Shown here piece by piece: positions 41,631 through 51,393 of a stretch of DNA of 64,000 nt. The position numbers and the translations under genes were made by a program. Under the pieces are notes generated by a model, which was given only the letters and a program-made list of their open reading frames with translations, was not told the origin of the DNA and did not search any database. How positions within the stretch are numbered: the stretch's first letter is position 1; each line of letters starts with the position of its first letter. This DNA comes from Deltaproteobacteria bacterium. Its GTDB lineage: Bacteria > Myxococcota_A > UBA9160 > SMWR01. Where the stretch lies: assembly GCA_032128115.1 (NCBI GenBank), contig JAQBHB010000090.1:50260-114259 (forward strand), given 5' to 3'.

Positions 41631-42149
41631 CTACGCGCGTTCGATGTCAAGCACTTCGTGCCAGCGTTCGGTCTCGGTGTGTTGGCGCACCACGTGACGC
41701 CGATCGAAGCGGCGAGGAATGCGCTCGTGACGTCGCAGCACGAGCCAGGCATCCGTCACCTCGCGCACGTCGAGCACGTCCTCGATGGTTTCCACGCCGT
41801 GCTCCGTCCAGACCTGGAAGCGCATGCGCATGCGGGGACGCACCTCGATTCGCACGGCCTGTCCCACAGCACGCTCGAGCAGGGCGGCCGCCTCCTGCTC
41901 GCGGCCCACCAGGTGCAGTGGGGCGCCGGGCGACGCAATCCGGGCCGCGCGCAGCAGGCGCAGCACCTTGCCCAGGCCCGAGACGGCCGGGATCGTGAGG
42001 GAGGGGCCCAGGTCGGCGAAGTCGTCCACGTGCGACACGCCCAGTCGCGCGGTCCGGGGTTGAAAGCCGAGCATCACCCCCACCCGTTCGGCGGCGCGGA
42101 CGGCTGCAACGTCGCTGAATCGGGCGAGCACCCAGGTGCGGGGGGGCAT
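41631..42149 (-). CDS. Hypothetical protein
   Basis: Protein-like ORF filling the gap; TATCAT 7 nt before ATG 42149 (alternative start 42158). Confidence 0.6.
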   Translation of the reverse strand: MPPRTWVLARFSDVAAVRAAERVGVMLGFQPRTARLGVSHVDDFADLGPSLTIPAVSGLGKVLRLLRAARIASPGAPLHLVGREQEAAALLERAVGQAVRIEVRPRMRMRFQVWTEHGVETIEDVLDVREVTDAWLVLRRHERIPRRFDRRHVVRQHTETERWHEVLDIERA

Positions 42150-42267
42150 CTGTGTCATGATAGCGATCGCCCCGTGTCCCTCAGCCGCAAAACGCGGAAC
42201 GAGGCTGGACGCGGCGCATCTACCATCGGGGGGCCCGGTCGGCCGACCACGTGCCCTGGAGGGACGC

Positions 42268-43824
42268 ATGCTCTCGAAACCCCGCTATGCCGCTCTGACC
42301 TGTCTCGCCTTCGCCCTGATCACTGGATTCGGGATCAGCGGTCACTACCTCTACAAGGCCCCCATCGGCCTGGATGGCTCGGCCTTCCTGTTCGGTAGTG
42401 CCATCGACCGCGTGGTGCGGATGTTCCTGCCCGATGCTCCCGGGGCGATGGTCGGGGTCGTGTGGCTCGTGATCTCGCTGCTGGCCATCACGACCTTTTC
42501 CGTCCTGCTGTTCCGGCGCCTGACCCGCGAGCGGGCGACGGCCTCCAATGCCAGCCGCCGCCGCTTCCTGCTGGGGGCCAGCGCCGTGGGCTTCGGATCG
42601 CTCGTGGCCGGCGTGGTCGCAGCGCTCGGGCGCGGACTCTTTGGTATCGGCGAGGGGGGACGCGGCTGGGCGGGCATCAACGACAGCATCCAGGCCGACG
42701 TGGTGAAGACCCATCCCGAGTGGAAGGACGCCTGGAAGGGCAGCCAGGTCAGCGCCTACCGGCGTCTGGGGCGCACGAACTTCGAAGTCTCGGACATCGT
42801 GCTGGGTACCGGGAGGATCCGGGGCGAGGACGGTGAGAAGATCGCGCGGCTCGCCATCGACCGGGGCATCAACTACTTCGACACGTCGCCGGACTACTCG
42901 GGTTCGGGTAGCGAGCAGGCCATGGGCCGCGCCATCCGGGGTGTTCGCGACAAGCTCTTCATCGCCACCAAGTTCTGCACGCCCGAGGGCCACCTGCCGC
43001 CCGGGACCCCGGTGGAGAAATACAAGGCCGCGGTCGAGGGGAGCCTGCAGCGCCTGGGCACCGACTACGTGGATCTCTGTCACATCCACTCCTGCGACGA
43101 GGTGGACCGGCTGCTCGATCCCAATGTGCATGAGGCCTTCGACCGGATGAAGCAGGAGGGCAAGGTGCGCTTCATGGGCTTCAGCACCCACACGCCCAAG
43201 CTCATCGACGTTGCCAACGCCGGTATCGACGACGGGCGCTTCGATGTGATGATGCTTGCCTACCACTTCGGCCAGTGGCAGCCGCTTGGCGAGATCATCC
43301 ACCGCGGTCGTACGGAGCAGGACATGGGCGTGGTGGCCATGAAGACGCTCAAGGGGGCCAAGCACCATGGGCTCGAGGGGTTCCAGGAGCAGGCCGACGC
43401 CTTTTCCCAGGCTGCCCTCAAGTGGACGCTCTCGAACCCGGACGTGTCCTGTGCCGTGATCTCGTTCTTCGAGCTCCAGCACGTGGACGAGTACCTGTAC
43501 GCCTCGGGCAAGGCGTTGAAACCGGCGGACGTGGCGATCGTCACGGAATACGACCGCCAGATCCGCGGTACCTACTGCGAGCCCACCTGTGGTGTCTGTC
43601 TCGACTCGTGTCCGGAACAGCTTCGCGTGGACGACGTACTGCGGCACCGCATGTACTTCGAGGACTACGGCTGGGAGAAGGACGCCATGCGCCAGTACTC
43701 GAAGCTTTCGAAGAACGCCTCGGTGTGTCTATCGTGCAGCGCACCCTGCGCGGGCACGTGTCCGTCCGGGATCGACATCCAGGCGCGAACGGTGGGCGCC
43801 CACGAACTGCTGACCATGTCGTGA
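42268..43824 (+). CDS. Aldo/keto reductase with C-terminal Fe-S dicluster, N-terminal TM helices and internal twin-arginine motif
   Basis: YRRLGRT, GINYFDTSPDY, FIATKF, SLQRLGTDYVD, AMKTLKG; CEPTCGVCLDSCP and CLSCSAPCAGTCP; SRRRFLLG. Confidence 0.88.
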   Translation: MLSKPRYAALTCLAFALITGFGISGHYLYKAPIGLDGSAFLFGSAIDRVVRMFLPDAPGAMVGVVWLVISLLAITTFSVLLFRRLTRERATASNASRRRFLLGASAVGFGSLVAGVVAALGRGLFGIGEGGRGWAGINDSIQADVVKTHPEWKDAWKGSQVSAYRRLGRTNFEVSDIVLGTGRIRGEDGEKIARLAIDRGINYFDTSPDYSGSGSEQAMGRAIRGVRDKLFIATKFCTPEGHLPPGTPVEKYKAAVEGSLQRLGTDYVDLCHIHSCDEVDRLLDPNVHEAFDRMKQEGKVRFMGFSTHTPKLIDVANAGIDDGRFDVMMLAYHFGQWQPLGEIIHRGRTEQDMGVVAMKTLKGAKHHGLEGFQEQADAFSQAALKWTLSNPDVSCAVISFFELQHVDEYLYASGKALKPADVAIVTEYDRQIRGTYCEPTCGVCLDSCPEQLRVDDVLRHRMYFEDYGWEKDAMRQYSKLSKNASVCLSCSAPCAGTCPSGIDIQARTVGAHELLTMS

Positions 43825-43866
43825 GCCGGCGGCGTGCCACTCCCGTCGAACGGGAGGCGGCGCGCG

Positions 43867-45261
43867 TCAGTCGTCTTTGCCGTGGATGGCGCGCACGAAG
43901 GCGCCGTGGAGCGCGGCGCGGATGCGCTCGCGAGACGCACCTCCGTACAGCTTCCGAAACGCTTTCAGGGGGATGATCCCCTTGGCCATGGAGCGATGCC
44001 CGCCGCCCACGCCCAGGCCTTCCACGACGGCACGCACCACATCGCCTGCGGCGCGTACGTAGCCAACGTTTCGCACCGAGAACACCAGGTCGCTTCCCAC
44101 GGTGCCCGCCGCGATGGCCCACTCGGCACCCTCCGCCTGCAGGGCCAGGTCGGCCACCTGGGGGATCACGTCCTCGCGCACCCGACCGAGCACCAGCAGG
44201 TGGATGCCTTCGCTCACCGTCGTGTTCACCAGACCCCGGCCGAGCGCACGCAGGCCCTCGGCGGGGAGTGCCGGTCGCTCGATGCGCCGCAGCAGGGCCG
44301 GGCTGTGGTGGCTGTGAAGGAAGGCGAAGGCCGCCATGTCCGCGGGGCTGGTCTCGCGTCCCAACAGCTGGGTGTCGGTCTTGATGCCGTACACCAGCGC
44401 CGTGGCCAGGCGGGGCCGCAATTCCATGCCCGAAGCGCGGATGTACTCGGTGAAGATCGAGGCGGTGGCGCCGTACCCGGGTCGGATGTCCCGGATCACG
44501 GCGTCGTAGCCCGAGCGGATCGGGTGGTGATCGATCACCACGTCCACGGAGCGCACCCGGGCCGGGGGATTCTCCCCGAACACCGTGGGCTGCACGTCCA
44601 CCAGCGCCAGGCCGTCGAACTCGTCCAGCTCTTCCGGTGCGACGGTCCGGATCTCGAGCGCCAGAGCCTCGACCATGGCCTGGTTCTCCGGGCGCTGGAC
44701 CCCGCCGAACGAGATCAGGGGGGCGGTTGGCGACTTGCGCCCGAGCAGGGCGCGCAGGGCGTAGCCGCAGGCGATGCCGTCCGGGTCCGGGTCGGGCTGC
44801 AGCAGGATGCCCAGCTTCTCCCGTGGCCCCACCAGGGTGCGCAGGTCCACCACCCGGCGCAGGTTCGCCAGGTGGGTGAACTCCTCGTCGATGTCATCGC
44901 GGATCAGCGAGCGCAACCCGGCCCGGTGTAGGCAGGGGTGTTCGGGCAGGTCCCCGTCCGCGATCCCATCCGTCAGGACCAGCACGGGGGCCTCGGGGGC
45001 GACGTCGATGATGGCTGCGGCGGCGGCCCGGGCGAAGCTGGCCTCCTCGGTCACCAGTGCGAACTCGTCGCCCAGCTTGGGATCGAGCTTCGCTATGGCC
45101 TCGGGGGTGAGTCCGCCCTGGAGGCTGTGGAAGCCAGCCGGGCGAGCGCGCGGCTCGTCGTCGCGCGGGATCCACGTGAGGACCTCTTTCTCTCCGGTGC
45201 CGATCCGGCCCCAGAGGCGAGCCAGTTCTGCCCCATCGCAGAGAATGATGCGGCGTGTCAC
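43867..45261 (-). CDS. DHH/DHHA1 phosphoesterase (NrnA-like) with N-terminal extension
   Basis: PDPDPDGIA, LVD, IDHHP, YGIKTDT, SVR, GGGH. Confidence 0.88.
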   Translation of the reverse strand: MTRRIILCDGAELARLWGRIGTGEKEVLTWIPRDDEPRARPAGFHSLQGGLTPEAIAKLDPKLGDEFALVTEEASFARAAAAAIIDVAPEAPVLVLTDGIADGDLPEHPCLHRAGLRSLIRDDIDEEFTHLANLRRVVDLRTLVGPREKLGILLQPDPDPDGIACGYALRALLGRKSPTAPLISFGGVQRPENQAMVEALALEIRTVAPEELDEFDGLALVDVQPTVFGENPPARVRSVDVVIDHHPIRSGYDAVIRDIRPGYGATASIFTEYIRASGMELRPRLATALVYGIKTDTQLLGRETSPADMAAFAFLHSHHSPALLRRIERPALPAEGLRALGRGLVNTTVSEGIHLLVLGRVREDVIPQVADLALQAEGAEWAIAAGTVGSDLVFSVRNVGYVRAAGDVVRAVVEGLGVGGGHRSMAKGIIPLKAFRKLYGGASRERIRAALHGAFVRAIHGKDD

Positions 45262-45396
45262 GAGACCCCCGTGCCGGATCGAGCCCGCGAGTCTAGCCTC
45301 ATCGGCACTCCCGAGAGTTTGCGATAGGGGGAGGTGTTCCCCCTGGGGGGCAATGGAAGACTAATCCGGCGCGAAATCGCGCCCGAAAGGAGGAGG

Positions 45397-46236
45397 GTGC
45401 AGCCGATCTTCGTGGGTGACGTCCAGGGCTGCGCCGACGAGCTGGACCATCTCGTCGATCGGGCTCGGGGCGAATTCGGCGACCGCTTCGAACTGTGGCT
45501 GGTCGGCGACCTGATCAACCGGGGCCCGGGCAACCTGCGGGCGCTGCGTCGGGTTCGCGATCTGGTGGAAGAACGGGGCGCCCGCTACGTGCTGGGCAAC
45601 CACGAGGTCGCGCTCCTGCGCACCGCGGCCGGCCTCCGGAGCCTCGGCCCCCGCGACACCCTGGGCGACGTTCTTTCCGCTCCGGATGCCGACGAATGGA
45701 TCGAATGGATCCGCAGGCGCCCCCTGGCGGTGGTCGGAGCCCTGGGCGAGCACCCATTCGCCATGGTTCACGCGGCCGCACATCCGGACTGGAGTCTGGC
45801 CGAGCTTGCAACGCGTGCGCACCGGGTCTCGGCGCATCTGGGCGGCGACGATCGCGCGGACTCCGAGCGCTTCCTGGCGCTCGACCCGGAGCTGGACCCG
45901 GAGCGCGACGATCTCGATCGCCTCACTCGCTGCCGCAGTGTCACGATGTCGGGCCGCTGGACACAGGAGCCGCCGGAAGACGACACCCGACCGTGGCACG
46001 AAGAGTGGGCGCGGCGCGATCACGGCTATGGGATCGTGTACGGACATTGGTCGCTCCAGGGCCTGCACGTGGCGCCGTGGCTGCGCGGGCTCGATACGGG
46101 TTGTGTCCACCATGGCCGGGGTCGTGATGGGATGCTGACCGCATGGCTTCCGGACCCGGAATCCAAAACCCCGTTCGATCTGCCGGACGACCACATCTGG
46201 CAGATCCCTGCCGCGCGCGTCTATTACGATTTCTGA
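45397..46236 (+). CDS. apaH: ApaH-like symmetrical bis(5'-nucleosyl)-tetraphosphatase
   Basis: GDVQGC, VGDLINRGP, LGNHE, MVHA, YGHWS, GLDTGCV; AGGAGG upstream of GTG. Confidence 0.82.
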   Translation: MQPIFVGDVQGCADELDHLVDRARGEFGDRFELWLVGDLINRGPGNLRALRRVRDLVEERGARYVLGNHEVALLRTAAGLRSLGPRDTLGDVLSAPDADEWIEWIRRRPLAVVGALGEHPFAMVHAAAHPDWSLAELATRAHRVSAHLGGDDRADSERFLALDPELDPERDDLDRLTRCRSVTMSGRWTQEPPEDDTRPWHEEWARRDHGYGIVYGHWSLQGLHVAPWLRGLDTGCVHHGRGRDGMLTAWLPDPESKTPFDLPDDHIWQIPAARVYYDF

Positions 46237-46256
46237 CGAAAAAAACTGGAATCCGA

Positions 46257-46285
46257 TTGAACCGTCGCGATTCCGGGCGTACGCT
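46257..46285 (+). promoter_or_regulatory. Sigma-70-type promoter with upstream A-tract
   Basis: TTGAAC-N17-TACGCT preceded by GAAAAAAA; no credible protein gene lies downstream on this strand. Confidence 0.6.
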
Positions 46286-46290
46286 GGAAC

Positions 46291-46595
46291 CGGTACGGGG
46301 GGCTGGCGGCACAAGGAGACCGAGGTCTCGCCCCCGCCGACGAAACGGCCGCCGCCGGATGAACCGTACCGTGTCGAGTGCCGGTGGGAGCGAGCAGGCG
46401 CGCGAGGCCCGAAGGCATCGCGCGACGAGGCGCGGGGAGTCCCCCTGGACCCGGGAGCTTCCAACCAACGCGCGGAGTTCGACGAAAGCGGTTCGTACTT
46501 CGCTTTCCGAGTGCCCCCGGGCCGTCGATTGCCTGAGGCCACTTCGCGCATACCCGGCCCGCCCCGTCGGAGGCCCGGGAGGGCCCCGCGGCCTC
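46291..46595 (+). ncRNA. Candidate structured non-coding RNA (~300 nt), family not recognised
   Basis: Promoter directly upstream; nested stems 46291-98/46364-71 and 46303-10/46351-58; hairpins 46316-29, 46336-49, 46399-424, 46484-507, 46570-95. Confidence 0.5.
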
Positions 46596-46600
46596 GGCTA

Positions 46601-46668
46601 CCTAGGGATGGAGCCACAGGCGGGCAGCGCATCCGCTGCCTAGGGGTGGAGCCACAGGCGGGCAGCGC
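46601..46668. repeat. 30-bp direct repeat duplicating the 3' end and stop of the 46640 gene
   Basis: CCTAGGG(A/G)TGGAGCCACAGGCGGGCAGCGC at 46601-46630 and 46639-46668. Confidence 0.92.
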
Positions 46669-47575
46669 GTTGGATCCGAGAATCCGGATCATGGGCAGCC
46701 AGGTTCTCCACGCGGAGCCGAAGCTCCGGATCGCCCTGCAGGTCGGAGCCGGATCGAATGCCCGCGACGCGTATCTCGGCGCGCGGGTGTTCGAGCGTGC
46801 GACGAAGCGCCCGGGTGCGCGCCGGGCTTCGATCGCCGGTGGTGGCCCCGAAGGTCAGCGAGACCACGGCCGCGTCCGCGTGGTCGCCTCCCGGGATGCG
46901 AGCGAACAGCGCGAGCCGGGAGTCCTCGCTGTGGGTGGCGGTGCGTGCTGCGGCGAGCCGAATCGGGGCGTCGACCTCCGGATCGGTGGCGAGCTCGGCC
47001 AGCCGGTCGGCGAGTGCGGGTGACGGGACCACTCCCGACAGCGCCAGCTCGTCGAGGCCCTGGAGCGCCTGCCCGTGCAACGCAGCGGCCGTGCCACCGA
47101 GCCAATCCTCGTAGAGTCGGGCGCGGCGCTCCGGGTGCCCGCGGGCGGCATGCAGCGAACGCACCGCCTGGCCCCACAGGGCCTCGGATTCGGCATCGGC
47201 GATTCTCACCACTTCCAGCGGCTGGTCCACCACCAGATAGGGGGACCTCTCGCCCCGCAGCACCAGCAGCACCCGCTCACCCGGCGCGAGGCCCAGGGGA
47301 CGCGAGGGGGCGCGCTTGAGGTCGAAGATCTCTTCCAGCTCCCCCACCAGAACCGCGGCGTCCCTCATCCGGATCCGACCCGGCTCCACGTGCTCGACCG
47401 TGGCGATGGCGGCGGCGTCGGCCAGGGCCAGACGCCGGTGCAACGGGCGCTCGGAGGCGATACCGGCGCCCCCGTGGACGCTCCCCATCTGGGCCCCGAC
47501 CCGAGCTGCCGACGCCATTCCAGCCAGGGCGGCGAGCAGCATGGCGATGATTCTTGTGGTGGAGCCGTGCGTCAC
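46640..47575 (-). CDS. Exported hypothetical protein with HEAT-like C-terminal repeats
   Basis: Signal peptide; helical repeats such as LEHPRAEIRVAG and AAHDPDSRIQRAA; TATAAT 8 nt before GTG. Confidence 0.65.
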   Translation of the reverse strand: MTHGSTTRIIAMLLAALAGMASAARVGAQMGSVHGGAGIASERPLHRRLALADAAAIATVEHVEPGRIRMRDAAVLVGELEEIFDLKRAPSRPLGLAPGERVLLVLRGERSPYLVVDQPLEVVRIADAESEALWGQAVRSLHAARGHPERRARLYEDWLGGTAAALHGQALQGLDELALSGVVPSPALADRLAELATDPEVDAPIRLAAARTATHSEDSRLALFARIPGGDHADAAVVSLTFGATTGDRSPARTRALRRTLEHPRAEIRVAGIRSGSDLQGDPELRLRVENLAAHDPDSRIQRAARLWLHP

Positions 47576-47665
47576 GGCAGCCGATTATAGGAGGGTGGCC
47601 GCGTGGAAGCGTGCCGCGACGTGACTGCCTACGCTCAGCCTCTCACCTCCCCTGCAGAGCTCTCC

Positions 47666-49162
47666 GTGTCCCGACGCCTCTCACCGCTGGTGACTCCTCT
47701 GCTCGTTTCGTCGCTGCTGCTTTCTGGCGGCTGCGCCGTCAATCCGGTCACTGGCCGCACCGAGATCATCCTCATGTCCGAGCAGGACGAGGATCGGATC
47801 GGGGAGCAGGAAGCCGACCGCGTGGAGGCGGAGATCGGGCTGCTCGAGGATCCGGAGCTCCTGCAGCTGGTCGAGGCGGTGGGTCGCCGGGTGGCTCGCC
47901 AGTCTCCCCGGCTCGGCGTGGACTATCGCTTCCAGGTGGTCGACATGGCCGAGCCCAACGCCTTCGCACTCCCCGGCGGCTACGTGTACGTGTCGCGCGG
48001 ATTGCTCGCGATCTCGAATTCGGAGGAGGAACTCGCCAACGTCATCGGCCACGAGATCGCCCATGTGGCTGCCCGTCACTCGGCGCAACGGCAGACGGCC
48101 GCGACCGGAGTGGGACTGCTCACGGTCCTGGGCGGCATCGTGGGGTCCGTGCTCGGGGCTCCGGGTGGGAACCTGGCAACGCCACTGGGAATGGCGGGCG
48201 AGGCGATCATCGCGAGCTACAGCCGGGACCAGGAGCGCGAGGCCGACGAAGTGGGCCAGGAGATGGCGGCGCGCGCTGGCGTCGATCCCCACGGCATGCC
48301 CGAATTCCTGCGGACCCTCGAGAATACCGAGCGGCTGCAGCACGGGGCGTCGCGCCGGCCAAGTTTCGGAGACAGCCACCCCGCCACGCCCGAACGCGTG
48401 GCCCGCGCCACGGCGCGCGCCGAGTCGCTGCGCTGGATCCGACAGGCGGGCGTCACCAAGAGTCGCAGCACCTACCTGCGCCAGCTGGACGGGCTGCTCC
48501 TGGGCACGAACCCGTCCGAAGGCGTGTTCCAGGGCCGCCGCTTCTTCCACCCCGATCTGGACCTGACGATCCGGTTTCCCGAGGGTTGGAATGCTTCGAA
48601 CTCGCGCTTCGCCGTGGGCGCGGTGACGCCCAACCGGGAGGCGCACGTGACCCTCGAAACCCAGGGGCGCGCCGGCGACCCGCGAGCTGCAGCGGGCGCC
48701 TTTCTCCAGCAGCTTGCCCGCGAGGGCGAGGTGCGGGTGATCAACAGCGAGGCGCTCCAGATCGGAGACCTGCCCGCGTTCCACGCCGAGACCCTGGTGG
48801 GCTCGAACCAGGGAACGGTGGCGGCCGACTTCACCTGGGTGTCCCACGGGAGCCTCATGTACCGGATCAGCGGTGTGGCTCCCCAGAATCCGTACCGCCG
48901 TTACCGGGGCCTGTTCCGCAACGTGGCCCGGAGCTTCCGACCCCTCGCGCCCGACGAACACGAGCTGATTCAGGAGACCCGCCTGCGCGTGGTGGAGGCG
49001 GTCGAGAACGAGAGCCTGGCAGAGCTGTCAGCGCGAACCCACAACACGTGGGATCTGAACCGCACTGCCGTCGCAAACGGCCTGTTCATCGACTCGCGCC
49101 TCGGTGCCGGTCGCCTGGTAAAAGTGGCCGTCCAACAGCCGTACGTCCCACCCACGGACTGA
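47666..49162 (+). CDS. M48 family zinc metalloprotease lipoprotein (BepA-like)
   Basis: Lipobox LSGGC-AVNPVTG, PNAFALPGG, GHEIAH, YSRDQEREAD, SHP; start approximate. Confidence 0.9.
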   Translation: MSRRLSPLVTPLLVSSLLLSGGCAVNPVTGRTEIILMSEQDEDRIGEQEADRVEAEIGLLEDPELLQLVEAVGRRVARQSPRLGVDYRFQVVDMAEPNAFALPGGYVYVSRGLLAISNSEEELANVIGHEIAHVAARHSAQRQTAATGVGLLTVLGGIVGSVLGAPGGNLATPLGMAGEAIIASYSRDQEREADEVGQEMAARAGVDPHGMPEFLRTLENTERLQHGASRRPSFGDSHPATPERVARATARAESLRWIRQAGVTKSRSTYLRQLDGLLLGTNPSEGVFQGRRFFHPDLDLTIRFPEGWNASNSRFAVGAVTPNREAHVTLETQGRAGDPRAAAGAFLQQLAREGEVRVINSEALQIGDLPAFHAETLVGSNQGTVAADFTWVSHGSLMYRISGVAPQNPYRRYRGLFRNVARSFRPLAPDEHELIQETRLRVVEAVENESLAELSARTHNTWDLNRTAVANGLFIDSRLGAGRLVKVAVQQPYVPPTD

Positions 49163-49187
49163 CCGGCCCACGCTATCCTGCCCTGCC

Positions 49188-49457
49188 ATGCCGCAGGTCA
49201 AGATTCCGCCGCCGTATCGGGGCCCCACCCAGGGCGAAGGTCGCGTCCGTGTCGAGGGTGCCAATGTGGGGGAGTGCCTCGGGGCCCTGATCGAGCGCTA
49301 TCCGGGTCTGGGGGACCTGCTCTGGGGTCCGGATCACAGCGTGCACCGGTTCGTCACGCTCTTCGTGAACGGGGAGGAGATCGACCGCACAGCCCTTCAC
49401 ACGCCTGTATCCGAAGGCGACGAGGTCGAGATCCTCTCGGCCGTGGCCGGAGGCTGA
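49188..49457 (+). CDS. moaD: MoaD/ThiS family sulfur carrier
   Basis: Ubiquitin-like size, C-terminal AVAGG. Confidence 0.88.
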   Translation: MPQVKIPPPYRGPTQGEGRVRVEGANVGECLGALIERYPGLGDLLWGPDHSVHRFVTLFVNGEEIDRTALHTPVSEGDEVEILSAVAGG

Positions 49458-49515
49458 TCTCCCCGTCTTCTTGGCCTCCCCCGGTCCCTCTCTGGTATTC
49501 TGCCGGCTCCCCGTC

Positions 49516-49557
49516 TCGAAGGAGGCAGGGCCATGATCGAAGGAGGCAGAGCCATGA
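49516..49557 (+). repeat. 21-bp tandem duplication of SD + start codon
   Basis: TCGAAGGAGGCAG(G/A)GCCATGA twice, in frame. Confidence 0.92.
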
Positions 49558-51284
49558 GCGGACCCACCGGCGACCGCATGATCCGGGTGGATATGACGAA
49601 CCAGAGCGCTTCGATCGAGCCGTATCCCGACGAGTGGAAGCTCCTGGGAGGCCGCGCGCTCTCTGCCCGCATCCTGCTCGGAGAGTGCGATCCCGAGTGC
49701 GATCCCCTCGGCCCCGACAACGTGCTGATCATGGCCCCGGGTGTGATGTCCGGCACCGCGGCTCCCACTTCGGGCCGCATTTCCATCGGCGGCAAGAGCC
49801 CGCTTACCGGTGGCATCAAGGAGGCCAACGCCGGCGGCAATCCGGGCCAGGATCTCATGAAGCTCGGATTCCGCGTGATCGTGGTGAAGGGCAAGCCCAG
49901 CGATCCGAACAAGCGCTACGGCGTCGAGGTCAGCGAGGACAGCGTCAAGGTCGTTGCGGCCGACGATTACAAAGCGCAGTGGAATTACGCGCTGATCGAG
50001 AACCTGTCCGAAAAGTACGCAAAAACCGCGTCGTTCATCTCCATTGGCCCGGCCGGCGAGATGCAGCTCACGGGCGCTTCGGTGGCGTGCACCGATTCAG
50101 CGGCCGAACGCCGGCCGGCGCGTCACGCAGCGCGCGGCGGGCTCGGTGCCGTGATGGGGAGCAAGGGGCTCAAGTACGTCGCCATCGATCCCGGCAAGGC
50201 CCGCGCGCGCCAGCCCGCCGACCGCAAGGAGTTCGCGGCGCTCAACAAGAAGTACACCAAGGATTACCTGGACGGTCCGCAGATGTTCAAGACCGGCACC
50301 AGTTCGGTGGTTCCGATTGCGAATATGCTCTTCACGTTCCCGTACAAGAATCGTGTGGAGGGACAGTCGCCGGACGCGGGGACCCTGGACGGCAAGAACA
50401 TCGTCGAGAGCTTCGAGTCGCGCGGTGGCGAGATGCACAACTGCATGACGGGTTGCATCGTAAAATGCAGCAACGTGGTGCACGACGCCGAGGGCAACTA
50501 CAAGACCTCGGCGCTCGAATTCGAGACGCTCACGCTGCTCGGCTCGAACTGCGGCATCGCCAGCTGGGAGGATGTGGCAGACCTGGATCGTCTGTGTGAC
50601 GAGCTCGGGCTCGACACCATCGAAACCGGCGCTGCCATCGCCATCTACATGGACTCGGGCGCCATGGAGTTTGGCGATGCCGAGGGGGCAAAGCGCATCC
50701 TGAAGGAGATCGCCGATGGCACCGAGCTGGGAAGGGCCGTCGGCAATGGTGCCGTGGCGATTGGGAAGAAGACCAAGCACCACCGGGTTCCCACGGTGAA
50801 GGGTCAGGCGATCCCCGCCTGGGATCCGCGGCCCCTCAAGGCAACGGGTATCACCTACGTCACGAGCGCCATGGGTGCCGACCACACCGCCGGCCTGATC
50901 GTGAATCCGGGCATGCCGGAAAAAGACTGGGTGTTGGCTTCCCAGGAGTCGCAGATGGTCAACGCCATCTGTGACTCGTCGGGCTTCTGCCAGTTCCTGC
51001 AGCCCACGCCCGACGACATCCGCCGCTACTACGGCCTGCTCTATGGCGAAGAAGTCAGCCGCGAGCAGATCTACGACCAGGGTTGGCAGTGTCTCTCGGA
51101 CGAGTGGGAGTTCAACCGCCGAGCCGGGTTCACGGAGAAGGACGACGTGATGCCCGACTGCATGGCCAAGGACGCCATCGGGCCCGCAAACCTGGTGTGG
51201 GATGTGTCGAACGAGCTGCCGCAGCAGGCCTACAAGCGGCCGATAGCTCGCGACGAATTCTTCGTGGTCAAGGCGACCGGCTAG
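49533..51284 (+). CDS. aor: Aldehyde:ferredoxin oxidoreductase (tungstopterin family)
   Basis: KSPLTGGIKEANAGG, IGPAGE, RGGLGAVMGSKGLK, CMTGCIVKC, EFET, CDELGLDTIE, GADHT; alternative start 49554. Confidence 0.93.
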   Translation: MIEGGRAMSGPTGDRMIRVDMTNQSASIEPYPDEWKLLGGRALSARILLGECDPECDPLGPDNVLIMAPGVMSGTAAPTSGRISIGGKSPLTGGIKEANAGGNPGQDLMKLGFRVIVVKGKPSDPNKRYGVEVSEDSVKVVAADDYKAQWNYALIENLSEKYAKTASFISIGPAGEMQLTGASVACTDSAAERRPARHAARGGLGAVMGSKGLKYVAIDPGKARARQPADRKEFAALNKKYTKDYLDGPQMFKTGTSSVVPIANMLFTFPYKNRVEGQSPDAGTLDGKNIVESFESRGGEMHNCMTGCIVKCSNVVHDAEGNYKTSALEFETLTLLGSNCGIASWEDVADLDRLCDELGLDTIETGAAIAIYMDSGAMEFGDAEGAKRILKEIADGTELGRAVGNGAVAIGKKTKHHRVPTVKGQAIPAWDPRPLKATGITYVTSAMGADHTAGLIVNPGMPEKDWVLASQESQMVNAICDSSGFCQFLQPTPDDIRRYYGLLYGEEVSREQIYDQGWQCLSDEWEFNRRAGFTEKDDVMPDCMAKDAIGPANLVWDVSNELPQQAYKRPIARDEFFVVKATG

Positions 51285-51307
51285 TCGCCGTCGGCCAGAT
51301 CGATCGA

Positions 51308-51346
51308 AGCGGGCAGGGGGGCGCAGCCTCCCTGCCCGCTCACTTT
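51308..51346 (+). terminator. GC-rich hairpin after aor (weak terminator or stabiliser)
   Basis: AGCGGGCAGGG...CCCTGCCCGCT followed by CACTTT. Confidence 0.55.
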
Positions 51347-51393
51347 CCGCTCACTTTCAGGATTCTGGGAATTCCGAGAGTCAGGGAATCGAG

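Noticed and set aside
46336..46371. Hammerhead-like words (CGAAA, CGGATGA) in the RNA candidate
   Set aside because: The CUGANGA core and the required stem arrangement are not satisfied.
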